A stretch of 20,000 nucleotides of DNA, taken from an uncultured virus (IMG/VR IMGVR_UViG_3300034106_003048) (taxonomy: Duplodnaviria > Heunggongvirae > Uroviricota > Caudoviricetes). Each line of letters begins with the position of its first letter. The first letter of the stretch is position 1. The position numbers and the translations under genes are program-made. Positions 1 to 7,282 of the stretch are shown here, piece after piece. The stretch lies in the IMG/VR virus record IMGVR_UViG_3300034106_003048, one strand, 5' to 3'. The notes under the pieces are model-generated. The model ran no database searches. It was not told the origin of the DNA and worked only from the letters and a program-made list of their open reading frames with translations.

Positions 1-147
1 AAAAACAAATATACGACTCTTTTATAGAAAAGTATAGATCTAATCGCATGACAGTAGAAGAATTCGCTGGAATCATGATAGTTGTCTGGAATACTACTCC
101 TCACAGAGCCATAGACAATATAGGAGGACAATACATGGGTCCTACAC

Positions 148-336
148 TTATGAAGCCCAAAGACTAATATGATTTAGTGCTTTATTGAATAAAGCCATCT
201 CCATGGGATTCCTAGGAGGAATTAGTCTGACCTTTTGATTCTTACGCAAATAGATATAACTGGCTATAATCTCTAGCCCTTCGGGTACTGATACGTTTCC
301 TTCTCTTAAGCGCAAGTTTATTTCCTCCTTAGACAT
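148..336 (-). CDS. hypothetical protein (62 aa)
   Basis: ATG-started ORF directly after the stop of the 337-459 ORF; co-oriented with the left-arm genes. Confidence 0.7.
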   Translation of the reverse strand: MSKEEINLRLREGNVSVPEGLEIIASYIYLRKNQKVRLIPPRNPMEMALFNKALNHISLWAS

Positions 337-459
337 TTATTCTAAATTAAGAGGTATAAACTCTTCTTGGCTTACTTCTATTGAGTAAAACCTTTTTTTA
401 ACCATCAAATAAAAAGTACTTTCTTTTTGATTTGATTTATATTCTGATACTCTTTCCAT
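337..459 (-). CDS. small hypothetical protein (40 aa, MERVSEYKSNQKESTFYLMVKKRFYSIEVSQEEFIPLNLE), possibly leaderless
   Basis: Translated by hand; ATG lies 4 nt after a TATATTTG -7 box and its TAA abuts the next ATG. Confidence 0.6.
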   Translation of the reverse strand: MERVSEYKSNQKESTFYLMVKKRFYSIEVSQEEFIPLNLE

Positions 460-463
460 AGAA

Positions 464-495
464 CAAATATAGTAAATATTACTTACTATAACAAA
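464..495 (-). promoter_or_regulatory. Bacteroidota-type housekeeping promoter
   Basis: Minus strand TTTG (495-492), 20 nt, TATATTTG (471-464); fits the -33 TTTG / -7 TAnnTTTG consensus. Confidence 0.7.
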
Positions 496-837
496 AAAGA
501 TTAACAAAAAAAGTTATTTATTTTTTCAACACCAAGTATTTGAACTCGGTGAAAGCTTGAGGAGAATGAATAGTGTGACTATTCCTGAAACAGGTTGCAC
601 ATCATTCATTACGCCTAACTTGATCCTATTGGTTTTTGAACTACGGAGCCAAGCCTTCGTCGAATGTCTTAAATCGTGGATTAGCCGTTTAAGATTGGAG
701 TCAACTTTTCAGCTTCTAATCAGCCTTAGTATCCCTTTCTCTCCTCTGTGTCAAGGTTGGGTATGATACATTCCCCCGCTACCCTTAAAGTTTCTGTCTG
801 CGGTGCACTTCGCGTCTCTACACAGAAACCGTTTTAC

Positions 838-1224
838 TTATTTGTCTGTGTCGCTACCAGGTTCGTCATCCTCAGACCAGTAATCTTCCCAGTCTTCATC
901 TTCCCAATCGTCAGAGTCTTCGTCAAGTAAGTCTTCTAAGTCTATGTCTAAGAAGTCAGCAAACTCAATTATATCTTCTACAGAGTCAAGCTTAGTTACC
1001 TCAAATTTTTCTGGGTTCAGTCCCATGTCCTTGAATTCTTGGAAAAGAACCTCAAGCTCTTCGTCTGTTCCGTAAAAGGTAGTTTCGATGTCTATGGAGA
1101 CTTCAGGAAAAAGTTTTTTAATCTCTTCCATGTGAGGCGCAAGATCATGGTCTTCCACCCAGATATCATCTCCTTGCTTTTTAAAAGGAATTCCTTTTTC
1201 TTCTAAGAATTCTTCAAACGACAT
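838..1224 (-). CDS. highly acidic hypothetical protein (128 aa)
   Basis: About 48 D/E versus 9 K and no R by hand count; D/E/W-rich tail; own promoter upstream. Confidence 0.8.
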   Translation of the reverse strand: MSFEEFLEEKGIPFKKQGDDIWVEDHDLAPHMEEIKKLFPEVSIDIETTFYGTDEELEVLFQEFKDMGLNPEKFEVTKLDSVEDIIEFADFLDIDLEDLLDEDSDDWEDEDWEDYWSEDDEPGSDTDK

Positions 1225-1236
1225 AACTTAGTATTA

Positions 1237-1266
1237 CAAATATAATACTTTAAAAAAGGAATGCAA
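1237..1266 (-). promoter_or_regulatory. Bacteroidota-type promoter
   Basis: Minus strand TTG (1266-1264), 19 nt, TATATTTG (1244-1237), 12 nt before the ATG at 1224. Confidence 0.65.
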
Positions 1267-1359
1267 CTCTACTTTGAAACATTTTTCCACTTGAACCAGT
1301 GAAGCCCAATACAGACTAGAAAGTAGCCTAAAAAAATTATTAATCCTGTCATGTTTTTA

Positions 1360-1554
1360 TTATGTCTTTCTTCCAAAGGTTATGTTGTCTCTGACCTTTA
1401 TGTCTTTGTGGGTAAACTGCCACATCTCTCCGTTATCTAGAATTACCGTATAAATAGTATCGGTCTCGTGTCCGTAATCTGTAACCAGCCAGACTATGCC
1501 TTTTCCTTTAGGAGTTATTACTTCTAGTCTATTGTGGGGTTCGTATATTGTCAT
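1360..1554 (-). CDS. hypothetical phage protein (64 aa)
   Basis: Protein-like ORF (VITPKGKGIVWLVTDYGHETD..GEMWQF) overlapping the end of the transferase gene. Confidence 0.75.
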   Translation of the reverse strand: MTIYEPHNRLEVITPKGKGIVWLVTDYGHETDTIYTVILDNGEMWQFTHKDIKVRDNITFGRKT

Positions 1555-2212
1555 CTCTTTTACATAGGGTTAAATAAAGTTCTTTGTCTGTGGACCACTC
1601 TTCGCCTGTCCACCACTCAAATCCTTTGTAGTCTGCTTTATAGGAAGAGCTTGATTCGTATCCTCCTAAAAGGTATAGGTGTTCACATTGAAAAAACTGG
1701 GCGACTTTGCACTCATAAAACTGAGACACATTACCAAGAGATAGTTTGGGGTTTTCATAGTCCCACAAAAACTGATAGGATACAAAAGCTCTACCTGTTT
1801 GGTCTCGGTATAGCTTAAAGATGTTTGCTCCTATAACCTTATTGTCTTGGTGATAGAGGATACATTCAAATCCTTTAAAGTCGTTAAGGTTTATGTCTCG
1901 TTTAAATCCATGTCTTTCTACGTACTTAAGATAGATAGGTTGTAAGACTTCTAGTATTTCATCAGACACAAAATGCAGGGAGTAGTCAACCTGCTTACTT
2001 AGTTTTTTAACAGTCTTAGTAGGTTGGTATTCCTCCACTCTAAGTCTTACCGACCTTAAATTATACCAATAGTCTCCCCACTCTACCCAACCTTCTTCTA
2101 AATACCTAAGATAAGTAGTATCCAAAGCTACTCCCTTGGGATCTGAATAGATGAAGTCTTGTTGAGAAACTTTACCAAATCCTTCTATATGGTTAAACTT
2201 TACTTTTATCAT
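1529..2212 (-). CDS. ATE1/Bpt-family aminoacyl-tRNA-protein transferase (227 aa)
   Basis: ATE_N-like LEEGW..G.YWY..SVRL; ATE_C-like YLKY...H, WDYENPKLSLG, HLYLLGGY, YKADYKGFEWW..W. Confidence 0.8.
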   Translation of the reverse strand: MIKVKFNHIEGFGKVSQQDFIYSDPKGVALDTTYLRYLEEGWVEWGDYWYNLRSVRLRVEEYQPTKTVKKLSKQVDYSLHFVSDEILEVLQPIYLKYVERHGFKRDINLNDFKGFECILYHQDNKVIGANIFKLYRDQTGRAFVSYQFLWDYENPKLSLGNVSQFYECKVAQFFQCEHLYLLGGYESSSSYKADYKGFEWWTGEEWSTDKELYLTLCKRDDNIRTPQ

Positions 2213-2254
2213 AGTTTATTATAGTCTATCACAACTTAGGGTAATACAATAATA

Positions 2255-2262
2255 CAAAGATA
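2255..2262 (-). promoter_or_regulatory. possible -7 box for the transferase operon
   Basis: TATCTTTG on the minus strand 42 nt upstream of the ATG at 2212; no -33 TTTG seen. Confidence 0.4.
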
Positions 2263-2492
2263 CGGGTACTTTATAAAAACCCCCCACCCTATTTTTAAAT
2301 TTTAATTTAGCCCCACCCCTTAGATTTTAGATTTTAAAAAATTTTTCCCAATTTTAGGTTCCCGAAAATTTTTTCAAAATTTTAGAAAAGGGTTTTATGT
2401 ATAGGAGGGTAGACATCACCTTATAAAACTACCCCCATCAAATAAGGTGTGTGGGTGTACCCCGCACATCGGTTTATGCTAATACTTGACAT

Positions 2493-2972
2493 ATGTCGGC
2501 AACAACACAAACTCGGACACGTGGTAAGCAACGTGGCATTTCTCGTTCGTTGAACGAGAACCCTGCAAATGCTACAAAGAAACTCACAGTACATGGTACG
2601 GTTAAAGAATTCTTCAAAAAGCACGGACTCGTTCCTGAAAGCGAAATTCGTGCTTCAAAGAATGAATTTAATCCTGCGCCAATTCTTCGCTTTCGTGTTA
2701 CAAAAGACGTTCAATTAGGAAACGATAAATTGTACACAGTAAAGAACGAAGACGGTCAGATTGCGAACTACGGTATGGTTTTGTCAAAGAACGCTTCGGC
2801 ATATTTGGCAGACGGCGATACCGAAGACCTTGCTTGCGTAGGTGTGCAAATTACCGCAGAAGATTGTGATATCCTGAAAGTAGCCGAACGTACTAACGAC
2901 GACGGCGAATATCAGGGTTTCATCATCATCACCAACAGCGGTAACGAATTCGTCGCCGCCAACCTTTGGTGA
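2493..2972 (+). CDS. hypothetical protein (159 aa), first gene of the rightward arm
   Basis: Longest ORF in the region, with strongly biased codons (CGT, AAC, GAC, TTC); followed by strong stem-loops. Confidence 0.8.
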   Translation: MSATTQTRTRGKQRGISRSLNENPANATKKLTVHGTVKEFFKKHGLVPESEIRASKNEFNPAPILRFRVTKDVQLGNDKLYTVKNEDGQIANYGMVLSKNASAYLADGDTEDLACVGVQITAEDCDILKVAERTNDDGEYQGFIIITNSGNEFVAANLW

Positions 2973-3073
2973 TGCGTGTGTGAGTTTCGGGTTGTCTTGC
3001 GTAGTCCTCGCAAGAGCAATTGTCGTCGGGTCTCGACAGCAACCCAAATTCCAAATACCGTATGCGGTAAACA

Positions 3074-3136
3074 AAATGCGAATGCGTAAATGCAGAAATA
3101 CAAACTGCAAAAAACGCTTCGCATTTTTTTTGTTTC
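3074..3136 (+). terminator. stem-loop with T-tract, probable intrinsic terminator
   Basis: AAAATGCGAA(T)GCGT ... ACGCTTCGCATTTT followed by a T-run; inner TGCAG/CTGCA stem. Confidence 0.5.
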
Positions 3137-3292
3137 AAAACAATCGGTATTCATTCGTTGCACTCATTCATACGTGTTTAGTTTTGTTCCATTGCATTAC
3201 ACAAAACTTTCTATTTGGGGACGCTTCCTTCCATATTTGGACAGTGACTATGGCAACAATCGAGTATTTTCCCCCTTTTACAAGATTTCTTT

Positions 3293-3420
3293 GTAAAAAG
3301 TGGTGTTTTCCCGGGAATTTCGGAGACAAATCGAATAAAATCTACGTTGATAAGTGGTAAAAAGTGGTAAAAAGTAGTCATTTTTACCCCCTTATTACCT
3401 ATGAATTGGTAAAAAATGGG
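3293..3420. repeat. 10-bp periodic AAGTGGTAAA repeats
   Basis: AAGTGGTAAA at 3352 and 3362, degenerate copy at 3372; GTAAAAAGTGGT at 3293; TGGTAAAAA near 3407; inverted TTTTTACC at 3381. Confidence 0.65.
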
Positions 3421-3499
3421 GTAGTGAAAAGTCAAAATTTTGCTGAACAACGTGGCTAACTTGAAAAAAGGGGTTTATTTGACTCTAATAAAGATATTT

Positions 3500-4570
3500 A
3501 CTCATATCGGGTAAAAGGGGTTCTACAGCCTTACTGTAGATAGATATAACAGGCGTTGACTGAAGCTTGTAACCGTGTCATAGCGATAGGTAGTGTGATT
3601 ACTACATTAATAGGCACGTGAGTTTCTTGCGATATGGGCAAATTTATCAATTGCTGATGTATTGCATTAAACAAGGAGGGAGTACAGGGTCTACAAATTG
3701 CCTGTACTCTCAGATTTTTTATGACGGGTGATGGCCAACATCAATAAAACAAAAGTGCAAGGCAGTAATCCTTGTCGCAACTAATAAGGCTAACCAATAA
3801 TGCCTTATACATGTTCCCTTGCGAATTATCTGATTTGCAGGGGAACTTTAAAAATCTTCTCTTTGTGCTAACCCTTTTGGGTGAATAGTTGTAGGTACGT
3901 ATTAAAATAACGTCCTATTGACCAGGTTGAAATAACCGTAGAATATCTATAACTAAGTGCGGAGAAAGTGAGTTTGTTTGGGCATTGTTCTCACTCTAAT
4001 CTAGTGAATGCATCCTATCCAGTAAGTTACTGGCGTATCAGAGAAGATACAGTAATAAAAACTCAAATAATACATTGACTGTAAATAACCGAGGGGGAGT
4101 CTTTGACCTTTGTACTCTATGCGGTTTACATGCAAGTAGAAATACTTGGGGGGGTTGTCGATGTTAAACAAAGTACTAATGCACCATTCTCACTTCCCAA
4201 GGGTGAGCAGTTGTAATAATGGTAAATATAGAATGTATCTATAAAATCTACGGACATTATTACAACTGAGTGCAGAGGGGTAAAACAAACAACTAACGTT
4301 GCAGAAGAGCAATAGTAGAATAAGAACGTATGCTTATTTGAAAACAATCTGTTGTTTGTTATTTAAAAAACTCAATAACTTTCCAAGATGTTGAGGACAC
4401 CAGTTTCTTATTGACATAGTGATTTTAGCGGTCGTGCTATCAGTGTAAATCTGATAATGGAGCACATCAATTCCATGTAAAAACGTTAGATATTGAACTA
4501 ATGTATTGGATTACAGCTCTGCAAATCATGTAACTTAGAGTCTATGCAGCTAGCACAAATAAGCATAGAT
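3500..4570 (+). ncRNA. putative long structured ncRNA or array of ncRNA modules
   Basis: No convincing ORF; many long stems whose G-U pairs favour the + strand (3501-3638, 3679-3711, 3784-3808, 3813-3846, 3860-3965, 4080-4130, 4180-4280, 4285-4359). Confidence 0.55.
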
Positions 4571-4631
4571 GCTCATGCCGTTAAAGAAATCAATAAGTTT
4601 TAGGTGTAAAACACAAATTAAAAAATTACCT

Positions 4632-4844
4632 ATGAAAATATTTGCAATAAACAAAAGGTTTTGGAATTCAAACCATGAAGGTTGGAAACAATGGATTGAG
4701 TCTGAAATAATTTCTTATCATGCTACTGAAGAAGGAGCAAATGCTAAAATATCTTCTTTTGATGATAAAGATGAAGAAATTACAGATGAGTATGGCGATT
4801 TAAGTTCTGTTTACTTCATATCTTGTATTGAAGTAAAAGAATAA
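4632..4844 (+). CDS. hypothetical protein (70 aa)
   Basis: ORF-track 4569..4844; ATG 4632 after an A-rich leader is the likelier start (MKIFAINKRFW). Confidence 0.7.
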   Translation: MKIFAINKRFWNSNHEGWKQWIESEIISYHATEEGANAKISSFDDKDEEITDEYGDLSSVYFISCIEVKE

Positions 4845-4995
4845 AAGATGAAAGAAGAATAGAGTATTTCCGAAAACTGATTTAACGAGTAGGAAAAAGG
4901 GTAAGTCTTCTATTTTAGCGAAAATTGCACTGAGTAGCTAGGGTATATATATAAGAAAGTCAGGCATGCAGTGCTATGCATGTGGTTAAATCATT

Positions 4996-5041
4996 AAAGG
5001 GAGTGACCTATAGGATCGTAGGTAGCCCTTTTGCTTTTTTT
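4996..5041 (+). terminator. hairpin plus T-tract upstream of a tRNA-like element
   Basis: AAAGGG..ACCTAT/GTAGGT..CCCTTT followed by TGCTTTTTTT. Confidence 0.45.
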
Positions 5042-5137
5042 GAGAGAGTGGCGAAATTGGTTGTGTCAATGGCGAACTAACTATGATTATTCAAATGTTA
5101 GCGTACCATATTACAGGTTCGAATCCTGTCTCTCTCA
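5042..5137 (+). ncRNA. tRNA-like element without a canonical anticodon arm
   Basis: Acceptor GAGAGAG/CTCTCTC + A; TGGCGAAATTGG D-region; T-arm ACAGG-TTCGAAT-CCTGT; middle is an irregular CTAAC/GTTAG stem with a 15-nt loop. Confidence 0.75.
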
Positions 5138-5301
5138 CAAATCTATACGCATGGGTACTGGTGTGTAGTGCATAAAGACTGATCAACTTTATGTACACGT
5201 GTATCGCTTAGCATAAGGGCAACAAACAATGCAACAGTTTCTAATAACGTATAGCTAACGTGTTAGAACGGGACCTGAGCAAGTCTATAAACTGCTTATT
5301 T

Positions 5302-5374
5302 GGCCCTTTCGTCTAATGGTTAGGACAACAGGTTTTCATCCTGTAAATGGTGTGTTCGATTCATCCAGGGGCTA
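5302..5374 (+). tRNA. tRNA-Glu(TTC) with irregular T-stem, CCA not encoded
   Basis: GGCCCTT/AGGGGCT acceptor; GTC-TAATGGTTAG-GAC D-arm; ACAGG-TTTTCAT-CCTGT anticodon arm (TTC 5335-5337); TTCGATT T-loop. Confidence 0.9.
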
Positions 5375-5387
5375 CTAAATTAAAATT

Positions 5388-5459
5388 ATGAGTTACGTAA
5401 TAGCTATTGCGATTGTTTTCATATTCGCAGCATGTATCGAGTCAAATAAAATAAACTAA
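5388..5459 (+). CDS. micro-ORF, hydrophobic peptide (23 aa, MSYVIAIAIVFIFAACIESNKIN)
   Basis: Translated by hand; A-rich leader, hydrophobic stretch ending in a lipobox-like FAAC. Confidence 0.45.
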   Translation: MSYVIAIAIVFIFAACIESNKIN

Positions 5460-5468
5460 ATAAATACT

Positions 5469-5618
5469 ATGAAAAAGACAACTTATCAAACTCAGAAGAA
5501 CTCTGGCGAAAAGATTCCAGAGAGAGTAAGCGAAGGGGTTATGCAGCAAACTGCAAAAGCCTATGTTAAAAAATTGACCGATAAATTCGGTCCAAAAGGT
5601 GGGTTTAGGTGTTTTTAA
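5469..5618 (+). CDS. small basic hypothetical protein (49 aa)
   Basis: Translated by hand (MKKTTYQTQKNSGEKIPERV...GGFRCF); typical AAATACT-ATG-AAA start. Confidence 0.6.
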   Translation: MKKTTYQTQKNSGEKIPERVSEGVMQQTAKAYVKKLTDKFGPKGGFRCF

Positions 5619-5646
5619 TCTAACCCACCTCCCTTATGGGGAAAAT

Positions 5647-5760
5647 AGTCAGGTGGCGGAACGGCTAAACGCACCGAATAGTGAAACGGAGTGGAACAAA
5701 CCGCAATATAGTTGAAATACACACAAGGTCCACATGCAGGTTCGAATCCTGTCCTGACTA
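5647..5760 (+). ncRNA. tRNA-Leu-like element with remodelled anticodon/variable region (114 nt)
   Basis: Acceptor AGTCAGG/CCTGACT + A; D-arm GCG-GAACGGCTAAA-CGC; T-arm GCAGG-TTCGAAT-CCTGT; middle is a CCG/CGG minihairpin plus a GTGGA/TCCAC stem with a long loop. Confidence 0.8.
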
Positions 5761-5787
5761 CAAATTAAAAAACTAACTAAAAAAACT

Positions 5788-6891
5788 ATGGAACAAAGAA
5801 TTGAATTACAGAAAATTTATCTTGGGTGGCAAGAGTTTCTTGCTATGCCTGAAGGGATAAAGAAAAATCTAGCGTATTCAAAGAAGATACAAGGCGTAGG
5901 TTGTTTTGTTTCTTCTATTCTAAAAAAAGAAGATGGTACTATCCATTACTCTAACACGGAATACCGTGTCTCAAAAGGTAAAGTTTATTTTCTTAAAAAA
6001 GGTAAGAAAAGCGGATTTACTGTTGACCCAAAGGGTAAGATGAAGATTTGGTTTGGTAAGAAACTAAATGAGTTTCCAATTAATTATGAATTTTTTGAAG
6101 CTTTAAAACAAGAATGGTTTAAAATAATTTATTTTAATTATGTTACACCGGCTGTTCTTGGTAAAGTGATTGCAGGAAAGATTACTAATCCTACTGATTT
6201 AGCCAAAGCAATCTTAAAGGCTTACAGAATTCAAGGTTCTCCTGCGTTTTTCTTAAAAGCCATTAATAACCAATCAGGACACTTTAGCAAAAGTCTTTTC
6301 TTAAAAGGTATTAAGGTTGCAAAGAACTTTGACCACTTTCTTCTTTACTTTGCTGAAAACGGAGCCTATAACAGTAGTTTGTTTGACATGATAGACCAAG
6401 CAATTATTTTAGAATCTAAAATAGATTTTAACTGGTCTACAAAACGAATTGAAGAAGAACACAACAACTTTACTGCTCAACTAATGGATTTAGAATCAGA
6501 CGAGTTATCTGATGAACCTCTTGAATGGCTTGAAAAGTTAAATCTTAATCTTCCAGAAAGTTGCAGACTTCTTAAATCACAAAAAGAAGTTTATAAAGAA
6601 GGAAAAATGATGCACCATTGTGTTTACACAAACTATTGGAACAGTATTGTTTCTCAATCTTTTATTGCAATTAGTGTTAATTACCAAGGATCTAATTATA
6701 CTTTGGGAATTAATTACAATAAAAATTCAGCTCAAAACAGATTTGAATTTAATCAATTGTCAGGCAAATGTAACAATCCTTCGCCACAAGAGTTAAGAGA
6801 TCAAATGAAAAACTGGATTGAAAGTCTAAACTCTACATCTAAAATTATTGAAGAATGGTCTACAATAACCGAAGAAGTATTACCCTATTAA
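5788..6891 (+). CDS. PcfJ-like domain protein (367 aa)
   Basis: C-terminal EVYKEGKMMHHCVYTNY...YTLGI...QLSGKCN matches the PcfJ EG..M.HCV..Y signature. Confidence 0.8.
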   Translation: MEQRIELQKIYLGWQEFLAMPEGIKKNLAYSKKIQGVGCFVSSILKKEDGTIHYSNTEYRVSKGKVYFLKKGKKSGFTVDPKGKMKIWFGKKLNEFPINYEFFEALKQEWFKIIYFNYVTPAVLGKVIAGKITNPTDLAKAILKAYRIQGSPAFFLKAINNQSGHFSKSLFLKGIKVAKNFDHFLLYFAENGAYNSSLFDMIDQAIILESKIDFNWSTKRIEEEHNNFTAQLMDLESDELSDEPLEWLEKLNLNLPESCRLLKSQKEVYKEGKMMHHCVYTNYWNSIVSQSFIAISVNYQGSNYTLGINYNKNSAQNRFEFNQLSGKCNNPSPQELRDQMKNWIESLNSTSKIIEEWSTITEEVLPY

Positions 6892-6941
6892 ACTAAAAAA
6901 CTAAAAAACTAAAAACAAATTAAAAATTAATTAAAAATACC

Positions 6942-7280
6942 ATGAGAAAAATGTTTCAACCCGAAGAAGACAAAGTGATCTTACAGAATGTATCACTTTA
7001 CCCTAACAATCTTGCTTACTCTTTTGAGTTATCAGCAGAACAATTAGGAAGAAACGCAGCAGGCTGTTCTGCTCGTTATTACGCTAGATTGCGTTCAAAA
7101 GAAACTATGATTGCAGTAGCTTCGTCAAATGGCGTAGTTACTCTGAACAATCAAAAGAACGCAAGGCGTGACTTTAGTACTGATTTAACTGATCAAGATC
7201 GTCTTGAATTTGTTCAAGAGATGATCAGAAAGATGCCAAGGAATATGAAGAAAGAACTTGCTAAAATCTTATTCTCTTGA
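6942..7280 (+). CDS. Myb/SANT-like (RsfA-like) DNA-binding protein (112 aa)
   Basis: N-terminal FQPEEDKVIL...SFELSAEQLGRNAAGCSARYY resembles the Myb-like repeat of RsfA-family regulators. Confidence 0.6.
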   Translation: MRKMFQPEEDKVILQNVSLYPNNLAYSFELSAEQLGRNAAGCSARYYARLRSKETMIAVASSNGVVTLNNQKNARRDFSTDLTDQDRLEFVQEMIRKMPRNMKKELAKILFS

Positions 7281-7282
7281 GT

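Noticed and set aside
85..147. Minus-strand pseudoknot or HDV-like ribozyme after the 148-336 gene
   Set aside because: The pairings contain mismatches and P3/P4 elements are absent
557..930. Plus-strand ORFs 557-766 and 748-930
   Set aside because: Non-ATG starts, opposite to the local gene direction and overlapping a real gene or structured DNA
3352..3390. CRISPR array
   Set aside because: Repeats are 10 bp and contiguous with no spacers; no repeat-spacer array was seen elsewhere in the window
2421..3450. Overlapping alternative ORFs (2421, 2784, 2912, 2929, 2980, 3090, 3211)
   Set aside because: Antisense shadows or products of GC-richer structured DNA; Cys/Arg/Phe-rich and not protein-like
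4864..4945. SAM-II riboswitch or hammerhead resemblance (CTGATTTAAC, AAAAAGGG, GAAA)
   Set aside because: Required pairings and core order are missing; no CTGANGA core
5375..5400. Theta/HDV-like ribozyme at tRNA 3' ends
   Set aside because: The trailers at 5375, 5761 and 7976 are plain A/T-rich leaders, and the structure after 5137 lacks the HDV P1/P3/L3/J4-2 layout
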